64,000 nucleotides of DNA from contig JBEKYR010000001.1 of NCBI GenBank assembly GCA_049510745.1, forward strand, positions 192,001-256,000. The letters are read 5' to 3'. This stretch comes from Verrucomicrobiota bacterium (GTDB lineage Bacteria > Verrucomicrobiota > Verrucomicrobiia > Limisphaerales > Palsa-1400). The notes below the pieces were generated by a model. It was not told the DNA's origin. It made no database searches and was given only the letters and a program-made list of their open reading frames with translations. Positions 27,537 through 36,101 of the stretch are shown in pieces (positions within the stretch are counted from its first letter, which is position 1; each line of letters opens with the position of its first letter). The position numbers and the translations under genes are program-made.

Positions 27537-28414
27537 ATCACGTCCACGACGAGGCCATTCGCACGGCCATTGCCGCCGTGACGACGAAACTGGCGCCAGT
27601 GGGCAACTCCGGCTGGCAATTCACTTTGCTCAATGGAGCACCGCACGTTGTGACTGCGAAAACCGACGGTGACTGGGTGTTATTCGAGACGGACTGCACC
27701 GGAGCAGCGCAATGTGCGGATTCTTTCTGGGAAGCCCTTGTGCGCAACGCCTCCTTCGACGGCCTGGCGAAAATCGTGCTGACGTACGATGGCAGCCCGC
27801 GACTGCGAGCTGAAATCCCCGTAACGGAAGACGTTGTCCTCACGACGCGGGTTCGGGAGGTGTGCCGCGGATTCGAAGCCGAATGGACGCACAAAGATGA
27901 ACATTCTCTTGCGGAAGCATCGCCTGAGGGGGCAGAGCCGATGGACCTCAAAAGCCTGTGCTCCGAGGCCGGCTGGCCTTTTGTGGAGCGCGGCGACCGG
28001 AAACTCGCCGTGGAACTTGAAGTTCCGGGCGGGTTCAGCCAGGCGCTCCTGATTCCGACGGAACACGGCGTTCGCATCACTTGCGAAGTCGCGACGCTCG
28101 ACGCCATCGCGGAGGAATGCCGGCAGGCAGTCAGTGGATTCCTGCTTGCCGCTTCTGGGCTTGTTCGCATGGGACGCGCGTCGGTGAACGCGATTGGAAC
28201 GTCGCCGGCGGCCCAGTTCGAGGTTGTCTTCGGAACCGCGCCAAGTCCGCCAGAAATTTCCAGTGCATTGGAATGCCTCTCCATCGCGTGCAGCCTCTGT
28301 GGCGAGGAAATCAAAACGCTGCAAGTGCCGGCCATCGCCGAACGCTACCTTGCCCTGCGCGGTTGGGATGCGGCTCCGGCGGCCCGGCGAAACGAAAGGA
28401 CAGTAACACCATGA
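27533..28414 (+). CDS. Hypothetical protein, probably two tandem YbjN/type III chaperone-like domains
   Basis: Two helix-strands-helix-strands-helix halves (EALVRNASF.GLAK..LRAEIP; SGFLLAASGLVRMGR..FE); ATGA overlaps at both ends. Confidence 0.55.
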   Translation: MNHVHDEAIRTAIAAVTTKLAPVGNSGWQFTLLNGAPHVVTAKTDGDWVLFETDCTGAAQCADSFWEALVRNASFDGLAKIVLTYDGSPRLRAEIPVTEDVVLTTRVREVCRGFEAEWTHKDEHSLAEASPEGAEPMDLKSLCSEAGWPFVERGDRKLAVELEVPGGFSQALLIPTEHGVRITCEVATLDAIAEECRQAVSGFLLAASGLVRMGRASVNAIGTSPAAQFEVVFGTAPSPPEISSALECLSIACSLCGEEIKTLQVPAIAERYLALRGWDAAPAARRNERTVTP

Positions 28415-28707
28415 TTGATGAACCCAAACTCGACATCCTCGCAAGCGATGTCACAGGCCAGACGGTGGTCAACGTCGGCATCGATGCCGGCGACCGGGAG
28501 ATGAGCGTGGGCGAGTTGCTCGACGGCCTGGTGCCGCGGATGAAACTGCCGCGGCTCGGGAACGGCGGGCGGCCGTTGACGTATCACGCCCGGCTGGAAC
28601 GGGAAGGAAGGCATCTGCATGCGACCGAGGTGGTGGGCGAAGCCCTGCAACCCAAGGATCGCATCATGATCCAGCCAACCATCGAAGCGGGAGGCAACCA
28701 CCGATAG
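28411..28707 (+). CDS. Ubiquitin-like beta-grasp protein, 98 aa, ending EAGG-NHR
   Basis: Beta-grasp pattern (SVGELL...GRHL....V...LQPKDRIMI); diglycine 3 residues from the C-terminus; lies between E2 and JAB. Confidence 0.82.
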   Translation: MIDEPKLDILASDVTGQTVVNVGIDAGDREMSVGELLDGLVPRMKLPRLGNGGRPLTYHARLEREGRHLHATEVVGEALQPKDRIMIQPTIEAGGNHR

Positions 28708-28728
28708 CCCGCCAGACCGAGAGGAACC

Positions 28729-29835
28729 ATGAACACTCGACAGCCATACAAATTCGTAATGGAACTGCACAAACGAGATGGCTCTCCACTCGGCCAGGTC
28801 CCGGTGGCGGCCGATTGGGAACCGGCTTGGGAGGCGGTACGCTTCCTGGCCATGCGCCGGTTTCCGCTCGCCGCCCTCGGGGCCGATGCGGTGGCCGAAC
28901 TCCGGCCAGCCTGGCATGAGGAACTCGGTCAACCTTACATCAGCGCAGTGGACGTGGCACTCCAAGTTCCTGGGGCCGGCGAGCTCTCGTGCCGCGTGCC
29001 GAAAAACTTTTTCAAATCGCTTGCCAGTGATGCCAGCGTCCCTCTCGTAGAAAAGGGATCACTCCAGGCGGGCGAGCTTTTCAATTATCTCGTCACCGCG
29101 TTTCCCAGTCCGCAAGAAACGCGTGGTCGCACCCAACCGCGGGCGCGATTCGAGATCGAGGAAGTGCCGACCCCGCTGCCGCTCAAATCCTCGTTGCTGG
29201 CGAAATTTAACGCGCGGTCCGTCGCAGCCGGCGAGCAAAACGAGGAGGACATTCCAGTGTTCATTCCACAGAACGTTCTTGCGGAAACAGATCAATTGAC
29301 ACGCGAGGCGGCGGGGGTGGAAACCGCGTCCGTCCTTATCGGGCATATCCATCGCGACCCGTTGGGCGGAGAGTTGTTTCTCGAAGTGACGGCGCAGATT
29401 CCCGCCCGAAACTCGCAGGCCACCGCCACGAAGGTGAGCTTCGGGCCCGAGACGTGGAACGCAGTTCATGGCGCGCTCGCGTTGAGGAGCGAAAATGAAC
29501 AATGGGTGGGTTGGTTTCATTCGCACCCTGCCGCATCGTGGTGCAATTCCAAATGCTCACCCGAGAGCCGCGCGAAATGTCCGCTACAACGCTCCTTCTT
29601 TAGCGCCGATGACTGCGATGTGCATCGGACCGTTTTTTCCAAGGCGTTTCATATCGCCCTGCTGGTCACGAACACGGACGCCGGGTTACAGCATGCGCTG
29701 TTCTCGTGGCGCAACGGCGTGATTGTGCAACGTGGATTTCACATTCTTGGAAACGAAGGAGAACAAAACCCGGCCGTCGCGCCTGTCGCGGCGGCCACCA
29801 TTGGAGATGCCGAAAATGAAAAAACCTGCCCTTGA
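28729..29835 (+). CDS. JAB/MPN+ metalloprotease with N-terminal extra domain
   Basis: ETASVLIG (Glu), VGWFHSHP, FFSADD; GAGAGG SD. Confidence 0.9.
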   Translation: MNTRQPYKFVMELHKRDGSPLGQVPVAADWEPAWEAVRFLAMRRFPLAALGADAVAELRPAWHEELGQPYISAVDVALQVPGAGELSCRVPKNFFKSLASDASVPLVEKGSLQAGELFNYLVTAFPSPQETRGRTQPRARFEIEEVPTPLPLKSSLLAKFNARSVAAGEQNEEDIPVFIPQNVLAETDQLTREAAGVETASVLIGHIHRDPLGGELFLEVTAQIPARNSQATATKVSFGPETWNAVHGALALRSENEQWVGWFHSHPAASWCNSKCSPESRAKCPLQRSFFSADDCDVHRTVFSKAFHIALLVTNTDAGLQHALFSWRNGVIVQRGFHILGNEGEQNPAVAPVAAATIGDAENEKTCP

Positions 29836-31483
29836 CGAGACTGTTGAGCTAGTGCGCGCCATGCTTTCGGTCGAGGGCCCCCAAAGCCTTGACGGAACTA
29901 TCGCGAGCCTGCAACAGGTCCGCAGCCTGTCTGCGGAAACTGCCGCCGTCGTGGATCGGACGCTGGTGGAAACCGTCGCCGAGTATCGCCGCGCCCTGAA
30001 GCGTGCGCAGCGTGATATTCATCAGTGCCGCGAATTGCTCGAACAACTGTCCGCGCCTCCCCTGCATCCCGCCGTTTTCCATCGAGTGATCAACGCCACC
30101 GGCGCACTCAAGGCCCTGGTCCAGGCGGGAAACGCCCGGCGGGTCGTTTCTCCTGGAGAAGAAATCAATCTTACGAGGTTCGTTCGCGGCGACGAGGTTT
30201 TCCTCAATAACGAACAGAATCTCATCATTGCCGCCTCGCCCGATGGCCCTCCAAGCTGTGGCGAAACCGCGGCGTTCGAGCGTTGTCTGCCCGATGGACG
30301 GCTGGTGCTGCGCCATCACGACGATCATATCGTGGTGGACGTCTGCGGAAAACTGGCGAACACCAAGTTCAAAGCCGGGGACGCCGTGCGTTTCGACCGT
30401 ACTATTTGGATGGCTTATGAGAAAATCGAGCTTGAAACCTCCCGGCGCTACTTGCTGGAGGAAGTGCCGAACCTTCCGCTGGACTCGGTAGGCGGCCAAG
30501 GCGCAAATCTGGAGAGCCTTTTGTCCGTGCTCACGATGATTCTAGTCAACCCGAAACTCGCCGCCACCTACGGCCTGAATGGTCGCAGCTCCATCCTCAT
30601 GGCCGGGCCGCCGGGTTGCGGGAAAACCCTGATGGCCCGCGTCGCCGCGAGCGAAGTCTCACGGCTTACTGGGAAGAAATGCCGTCTTGCCGTGGTGAAA
30701 CCGTCCGAATGGGAATCGCCCTGGGTTGGCCAGACACAGGAAAACATCCGCCAATGCTTCCAAGCGCTTCGCGAGGTGGGCGAGGATGGTTACGCCGTGC
30801 TGTTTATGGACGAAATTGAATCCGTCGGACGGATACGCGGGGGCGCGGTTTCACATCATTCGGATAAGTTTCTCGCAGCTCTGCTGGCCGAACTGGACGG
30901 ATTTACCGACCGCAAGAACGTGGCCATCATCTGCGCCACAAATCGGAAAGATTTGCTTGACGCCGCGCTCTACGAGCGATTGAGCGATTTGGAAATCAAC
31001 GTGGGCCGGCCTGAAATGAAGGGTGCGCGCGCCATCTTCCAGATCCACCTTCCGGAGAGCGTCCCGTTCCATCCGAACGGCGAGCTGGCAATGCCCACGC
31101 GCGAGGCATTGATCGACCACGCCGTTTCCCAGTTCTACAGCCCGAACGCCGGCAACGAGCTTTGCACGCTCCGGTTTCGCGACGGCAAGCAACGGATCAT
31201 CGTCGCGCGCGAATTGGCCAGCGGACGCCTGTTTGAGAATGTGTGCCGCAGTGCGCGCCGTAGCGCATTCCTGCGCGAGGTCCGCGGCGGCGTCGCGGGG
31301 GTGCAATTGATGGACATGCAGGAAGCGGTCAGCCAGACGCTGGAACGAATGCGCACGACTTTGACCATTCGTAACGCCCAGGCGTATCTGCCCGATTTGC
31401 CTCAGGACGTGGATGTGGTCAGCGTCGAACCCATTGTCCGCAGGGTGAAGCAACCCCACAAGTATCTCAATCAACCGGCCTGA
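29816..31483 (+). CDS. arc: ARC/Mpa-like proteasomal AAA ATPase
   Basis: Coiled coil-LSAPP, beta-rich interdomain, LLEEVP..VGG, GPPGCGKT, VLFMDEIES, LLAELDG, ATNRKDLLD, ASGRLFENV. Confidence 0.85.
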   Translation: MKKPALDETVELVRAMLSVEGPQSLDGTIASLQQVRSLSAETAAVVDRTLVETVAEYRRALKRAQRDIHQCRELLEQLSAPPLHPAVFHRVINATGALKALVQAGNARRVVSPGEEINLTRFVRGDEVFLNNEQNLIIAASPDGPPSCGETAAFERCLPDGRLVLRHHDDHIVVDVCGKLANTKFKAGDAVRFDRTIWMAYEKIELETSRRYLLEEVPNLPLDSVGGQGANLESLLSVLTMILVNPKLAATYGLNGRSSILMAGPPGCGKTLMARVAASEVSRLTGKKCRLAVVKPSEWESPWVGQTQENIRQCFQALREVGEDGYAVLFMDEIESVGRIRGGAVSHHSDKFLAALLAELDGFTDRKNVAIICATNRKDLLDAALYERLSDLEINVGRPEMKGARAIFQIHLPESVPFHPNGELAMPTREALIDHAVSQFYSPNAGNELCTLRFRDGKQRIIVARELASGRLFENVCRSARRSAFLREVRGGVAGVQLMDMQEAVSQTLERMRTTLTIRNAQAYLPDLPQDVDVVSVEPIVRRVKQPHKYLNQPA

Positions 31484-31487
31484 CCCA

Positions 31488-33251
31488 GTGAATCCAATGC
31501 CCACATCCACCAGCCAAGCCGGTTCACACAACGGCGAGTCACCACGCCCCCGCCTGCCGAAGCTCTGCGGCGCTGATTTCGAGCTGGGCAACCTCGTTCT
31601 CGGAATCGACCTGCCAAAGGGCACGGGTGCGCTTGCTTCTCATTTGCTCTTGCGGGAATTCGACGGTCTGCCTTTGGCGCGCAAAGGCCAGTCCATCTGT
31701 TACTGTCAAGCCTGCACGGCGCGGCGGCGGGCGTTGGAGGATGGTTACACCACGGCCGAGTTCCTGGGCGAAGAGTGTTCCATGACCAAGTACGGCTCGG
31801 CCTACAATGCGCAGGACTGGGCGCGCAAATTCCTCAGCAACGGCGGCTGCGCTTACATTGATCTCGATCATCTCGAATTGTGCATCCCGGAGGTTCTGAG
31901 CGCGCGTGACCACGTTGCGGCGTCGCACGCGATGTTGCGCAAGGCGCGCGCGGCCCTGCAAATGGCCAACGCGCGATTGCCGGAAGGAAAGAAAATTGTC
32001 GCGCTGGCGAACAACTCCGACGGGCAGGGCCATTCTTACGGCAGCCACCTGAATTTTCTGGTCACGCGCCGCGCTTGGAGCGATTTGTTCGAGCGGCGGT
32101 TGCAACATCTGCTCTTTCTTGCCGCCTACCAGGCCTCCAGCATCGTGTTTACAGGGCAGGGGAAAATCGGCGCCGAAAACAACCGTCCGCCGGTGCAGTA
32201 CCAGATTTCGCAGCGGGCGGATTTCTTCGAGGTGTTAATGGGGCCGCAGACGACGTGGAACCGCCCCCTGATAAACAGTCGCGATGAGGCTTTATGTGGT
32301 CCGTGGTATGGAGCCAGCGCGAGTCCAGACTCGGTAGAAAAGGCACGGTTGCACGTCATTTTCTATGACCAAACTCTTTGCCACACCGCCAGCCTGCTCA
32401 AGGTCGGGGTGATGCAGATTATTCTCGCTATGATCGAGGCCGGAAGCGTTCGCACCAGCATCGTGCTTGATGATCCAGTTGAAGCGGTTTGGCAGTGGAG
32501 CCACGACCCGACACTGCATTGCCGCGTGCGGCTGGCGGACGGCCGCAACCTCACCGCCGTCGAGTTGCAGATGCTGTTTTGGGAGGAGGCGCAGCGTTTT
32601 GTCGCCAGCGGCGGCTGCACCGACATCGTGCCGGACGCGCCACACATCCTCGAACTCTGGTCAGACACACTGGGCGAACTGCGCGCGCGCGACTATGCCG
32701 CACTGGCGCGCCGGCTGGATTGGGTCCTCAAACTGCAGATCCTCCAGCGCGCGCGACAGCAACGGCCCAATCTCACCTGGGCCTCGGCGGAGCTCAAACA
32801 TTTGGACTTCATGTACGGCAGCCTCGAAGACGGACTGTACTGGGACCTCGAAAAAAACGGCCTGGTTAACGCTCTTGTCACCAGCGAAGAGATCGAACAC
32901 TTCCGCAATGAACCGCCGGAAAACACACGCGCGTGGACCCGCGCGAGGTTGCTGCGCCTGGCCGAACCGCAGCAGATCGAGCGTGTGGACTGGGACAGCA
33001 TCACCTTTTCGCTCAAGGGCGACCATTACTGGCCGCGCGAAAGCACGGTCAATCTGACCAATCCGCTTGGCTTTACGCGAACTGCCTGCCAACGGGTCTT
33101 TCAGCTTTCGACTACCCTGGAGGAGGCGTCGGCCATGTTAAGCGCCAATCAGGACGGAACGGCAGCCATTTCGCCAACAAACGCAGCCGTGCAGGAACCA
33201 ATCCAAATTGAAGGAGATCACCATGAATCAACGCGAACGCCCCCAGCATGA
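31488..33251 (+). CDS. dop: Dop-like Pup deamidase/depupylase (PafA/Dop family)
   Basis: GADFELG, long loop, FLSNGGCAYIDLDH, NNSDGQGHSYGSH, SQRADFFE, INSRDE, RLHVI, LDWVLK, PPENTRA, DWDS. Confidence 0.8.
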   Translation: MNPMPTSTSQAGSHNGESPRPRLPKLCGADFELGNLVLGIDLPKGTGALASHLLLREFDGLPLARKGQSICYCQACTARRRALEDGYTTAEFLGEECSMTKYGSAYNAQDWARKFLSNGGCAYIDLDHLELCIPEVLSARDHVAASHAMLRKARAALQMANARLPEGKKIVALANNSDGQGHSYGSHLNFLVTRRAWSDLFERRLQHLLFLAAYQASSIVFTGQGKIGAENNRPPVQYQISQRADFFEVLMGPQTTWNRPLINSRDEALCGPWYGASASPDSVEKARLHVIFYDQTLCHTASLLKVGVMQIILAMIEAGSVRTSIVLDDPVEAVWQWSHDPTLHCRVRLADGRNLTAVELQMLFWEEAQRFVASGGCTDIVPDAPHILELWSDTLGELRARDYAALARRLDWVLKLQILQRARQQRPNLTWASAELKHLDFMYGSLEDGLYWDLEKNGLVNALVTSEEIEHFRNEPPENTRAWTRARLLRLAEPQQIERVDWDSITFSLKGDHYWPRESTVNLTNPLGFTRTACQRVFQLSTTLEEASAMLSANQDGTAAISPTNAAVQEPIQIEGDHHESTRTPPA

Positions 33252-33426
33252 AAATCCATTCTCCGCCGCCCCCGGACCAGCAGGCGGTCCGGATGGAGCC
33301 AACTTAAACGCCATTCGTCAAACTGCCGCCGGCATGCTGGCCGCCGCCGATGAAGCAATCAGCCGCGTGCTTTCTGGCGACAGCCAGGCTTTCAACGCCG
33401 CCGCGCGGCAGGAGGGCGGACAGTAA
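33223..33426 (+). CDS. pup: Pup-like prokaryotic modifier, 67 aa, ending GGQ
   Basis: Low-complexity N-half; ADEAISRVLSGDSQAFNAAARQEGGQ parallels the Pup C-terminus (DEIDDVLEENAEDFVRAYVQKGGQ); AAGGAG SD; lies between two PafA/Dop homologs. Confidence 0.85.
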   Translation: MNQRERPQHENPFSAAPGPAGGPDGANLNAIRQTAAGMLAAADEAISRVLSGDSQAFNAAARQEGGQ

Positions 33427-33446
33427 TATCGCGAGGAGGCACGGGT

Positions 33447-35864
33447 ATGGCGCAACGATTGTTCGGCATGGAAATCGAGTACGGCTGCGCGGCGCGCAGC
33501 CGCGATGCCGCGCGGACAGTTCGCAACCGTGACTGGGTGGGCGAGTTCATGAGAATCGCCTGCGAACGCCTGCCGCACCTGCCTTCGATGGAAGGCGGGG
33601 GAATTTTCCTCGAGAATGGAGCGCGGTTTTACGTGGATTGCTCGCATCCTGAAATGACCACGCCCGAGTGTTCCAATCCCTGGGACGTGGTCCGCTACAT
33701 GCAGGCTGGCGAAAAGATGTTGACTGCCGTCGCCGAGGAAATGCAGCGGCGGCAGCCCTCATTGGCCGAAGTGATGATCTTTAAAACCAACGTGGATCAT
33801 AGCGGCAGCGGCGCGACCTGGGGTTGCCACACCTCCTTTATGCATCTCGGAAACCCGGAGAAGTTCCCAGATCAAATCATTCCACATTTGGTCAGCCGGA
33901 TTGTTTATTCCGGCGCTGGCGGATTGGAGTTGGTGGATGGGCGTTTTCGTTTCACGCTCTCGCCGCGCGTCAGGTTTCTCGAACGTGAAGTTTCGCACAA
34001 CAGCACCAGCGAGCGTGGCATTTTCCATACGAAGGACGAAACGCTGGCCAACGAGGGATGTCATCGCCTGCACATTATCTGCGGGGAGAGCCTCTGCTCG
34101 GAAACCGCGCTCTGGCTGAACATGGGAGCGACGGCCGTGATCGTGGCGCTCATCGAGGCGGGCTTGCGCCCTGGTCAAGCCGTGCGTTTGCAGGATCCTT
34201 TGGGTGCCATGCGGCGCTTCTCCCTTGACCCCACCTGCCGGGCCGTGGCGCAGACCCTTGGCGGAAAGAAATTGAGCGCCGTGCAGATTCAGCGCCACTA
34301 CTTGGAAATTGCCCAGACGCACCTCGGCGCTCCCTTCATGCCGCCCTGGACGGACCAGGTTTGCATCCAATGGCGCGCAATGCTGGATCGTCTGGAAAAC
34401 GGGGCTCCCGGCTCCGTGGCCGCAACGCTGGATTGGGCCATGAAGTTGGGCCTGTTCCTGGATCGCGCAGAGCGGAGGGGGCTAGGCCCCCAACACTGGC
34501 ATCCCATCGGTCCGGCAGTGCTACAGGAACTCGATGGCGATGAACCCGGCCTCTGCGATGAAGCGCCAGCCTCCAAGAAACCCGCTTCCGCTTCTGCGGC
34601 GGTCTGCAAGGTTCACCAGGAACTCTGCGAGATAGACACCCGGTTCGCCCAACTCGGGGACAACGGCATCTTCGCCGCTTTGAGCCGGGCGGGAGTGTTG
34701 GCCCATCACTTGGCCGGGGTGGACAACATTGAGCACGCCCTGGCCAATCCACCGGCCATCGGCCGCGCGCGGTTGCGGGGTCTGTGCGTGCAGCGGTTCA
34801 AGGGCCAGAACCACCGCTACTCCTGTAGCTGGCGCAACGTCGTGGACCGCGAGAAAAACCTGTTGCTCGACCTTTCCGAGCCGTTTATCTCCGAGGAAAA
34901 ATGGCTGCCTGTGCCCGCGAGTTTTCGAGACCCGGACACCTCCATCCAAGGCCACTTGCGCCGGATATTAAGCGAGGCTCGCATGCGCCACGACCGCGGC
35001 GACCATGAGTCCGCCGCGGCGATTCTGCGCCAGATGGAAGGTTTCCAATCCGCCCTCGAATTGGAAAATCACTCGGAATATCTGCGATTGCGAGCTTGGA
35101 TCCAGAGTCGCAGAGGCTTCCTCGACAGCATACCCGCTCTCGATGCTTTGGCGCAGTCGGAGTTGATGACTCTCTCCCTCGCCAACTCATACGTGTGCGC
35201 CTACCGCTACCAGGGACTGATGCCGCCGCCGGCGATTGAGGCCTGGATCCGGCGCGGACGCGAATTCCTTTCTCCAAGACCCGATCGTTCTGACGGGGCC
35301 GCGTTGCCCTTCCTTGGACATTGGGGCTACTTCCTGCTGCGCAGCGGGCAGCCCTATGACGCGCTCCGCACGTTACATGATGCGTGCCAGCCCATCCGGC
35401 GGGAAAGCGCCAATCCCGCCGCCATCTCCCGGGCACTGGCGGACTACGGCGACGCCTGTCGCGCGGTTGGGCAACACTTCGAAGCCAAAGCCTTGCTCGA
35501 CGAAGCCCAAGCCATGCAGACGGAGCATCAACTCGAAGGGGACTTGTCGGACTTTGCCCTGACTCATCGCGCCAAACTTGAGACCCATTCTGAGCGCGCG
35601 TTGGAACTGCTTGCCCAGGCCAGGACCATTCAAACGCGCCTGGGAAACGTCATGGGGGAAACACGAACGCTGCTGTTGGAAGCCCGGTTCCTGCGCCATC
35701 GCACACTCACCGTGCAACATAAAGCACGCCTCCATGAACTGCGCGGAATGCGCCCGGCGCTTTCCCAGTGCCGGCTCTTTGGTAAAATCCTCGACAAATG
35801 GGAAGCCTGGACCAGCGGCGGCGCTGACCCGGACGGTGGAGGGGATACATTCTGGTGGCTGTGA
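33447..35864 (+). CDS. pafA: PafA-like Pup ligase fused to a C-terminal helical-repeat (TPR-like) region
   Basis: RLFGMEIEYG, FLENGARFYVDCSHPE, GCH, TKDE, RLHIICG, LDWAMK, RARLRG; then ~300 aa of helical repeats. Confidence 0.82.
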   Translation: MAQRLFGMEIEYGCAARSRDAARTVRNRDWVGEFMRIACERLPHLPSMEGGGIFLENGARFYVDCSHPEMTTPECSNPWDVVRYMQAGEKMLTAVAEEMQRRQPSLAEVMIFKTNVDHSGSGATWGCHTSFMHLGNPEKFPDQIIPHLVSRIVYSGAGGLELVDGRFRFTLSPRVRFLEREVSHNSTSERGIFHTKDETLANEGCHRLHIICGESLCSETALWLNMGATAVIVALIEAGLRPGQAVRLQDPLGAMRRFSLDPTCRAVAQTLGGKKLSAVQIQRHYLEIAQTHLGAPFMPPWTDQVCIQWRAMLDRLENGAPGSVAATLDWAMKLGLFLDRAERRGLGPQHWHPIGPAVLQELDGDEPGLCDEAPASKKPASASAAVCKVHQELCEIDTRFAQLGDNGIFAALSRAGVLAHHLAGVDNIEHALANPPAIGRARLRGLCVQRFKGQNHRYSCSWRNVVDREKNLLLDLSEPFISEEKWLPVPASFRDPDTSIQGHLRRILSEARMRHDRGDHESAAAILRQMEGFQSALELENHSEYLRLRAWIQSRRGFLDSIPALDALAQSELMTLSLANSYVCAYRYQGLMPPPAIEAWIRRGREFLSPRPDRSDGAALPFLGHWGYFLLRSGQPYDALRTLHDACQPIRRESANPAAISRALADYGDACRAVGQHFEAKALLDEAQAMQTEHQLEGDLSDFALTHRAKLETHSERALELLAQARTIQTRLGNVMGETRTLLLEARFLRHRTLTVQHKARLHELRGMRPALSQCRLFGKILDKWEAWTSGGADPDGGGDTFWWL

Positions 35865-36101
35865 AATTTCATTTTTCCCGTGACAAAAAGCGGCCTCTAT
35901 GGTAGTTATCCTTAAAGCTGATTTTGTTCACGAGGTTCGTGAGAGAAATCAAGCTGATGGTCTGGGTTCCTTTCTTCCTCCACCCGCTCCATTTGTAAAT
36001 GGGTTTGGCCATTTCCTCCATTGCCTGACTCCGGTTGCGCGCGCCCTGTTGGCGGCGCATAGTCAATACTATACTTTAAACGATGAACGCCTTGTTGTCT
36101 T

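Noticed and set aside
28081..28410. 208-aa version of the Ubl ORF
   Set aside because: Overlaps the upstream gene; ATG 28411 has an upstream AAGGA and an ATGA overlap
25819..29835. E1/Ubl/JAB as a thiamine, molybdopterin or cysteine sulfur-relay pathway
   Set aside because: E2 and RING are present; no ThiG, MoaE, rhodanese or cysteine synthase in the operon; thiL is distant and unrelated
29816..31483. ATPase as FtsH or Cdc48
   Set aside because: Single AAA module, no TM or HExxH protease domain; ARC-type N-terminal layout
33223..33426. Small tag as UBact
   Set aside because: The C-terminal helix and GGQ end resemble Pup, not the RxG(E/Q) UBact terminus; judged by eye only
25281..35864. CBASS/Pycsar or a plain Bil system
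   Set aside because: No cyclase or effector gene; RING and the Pup module are not parts of those systems
31488..35864. PafA/Dop homologs as glutamine synthetase or glutamate-cysteine ligase
   Set aside because: Family-specific motifs (NG..Y.D..H.E, RDE/KDE, RLH.I, LDW..K) and the Pup/ARC context
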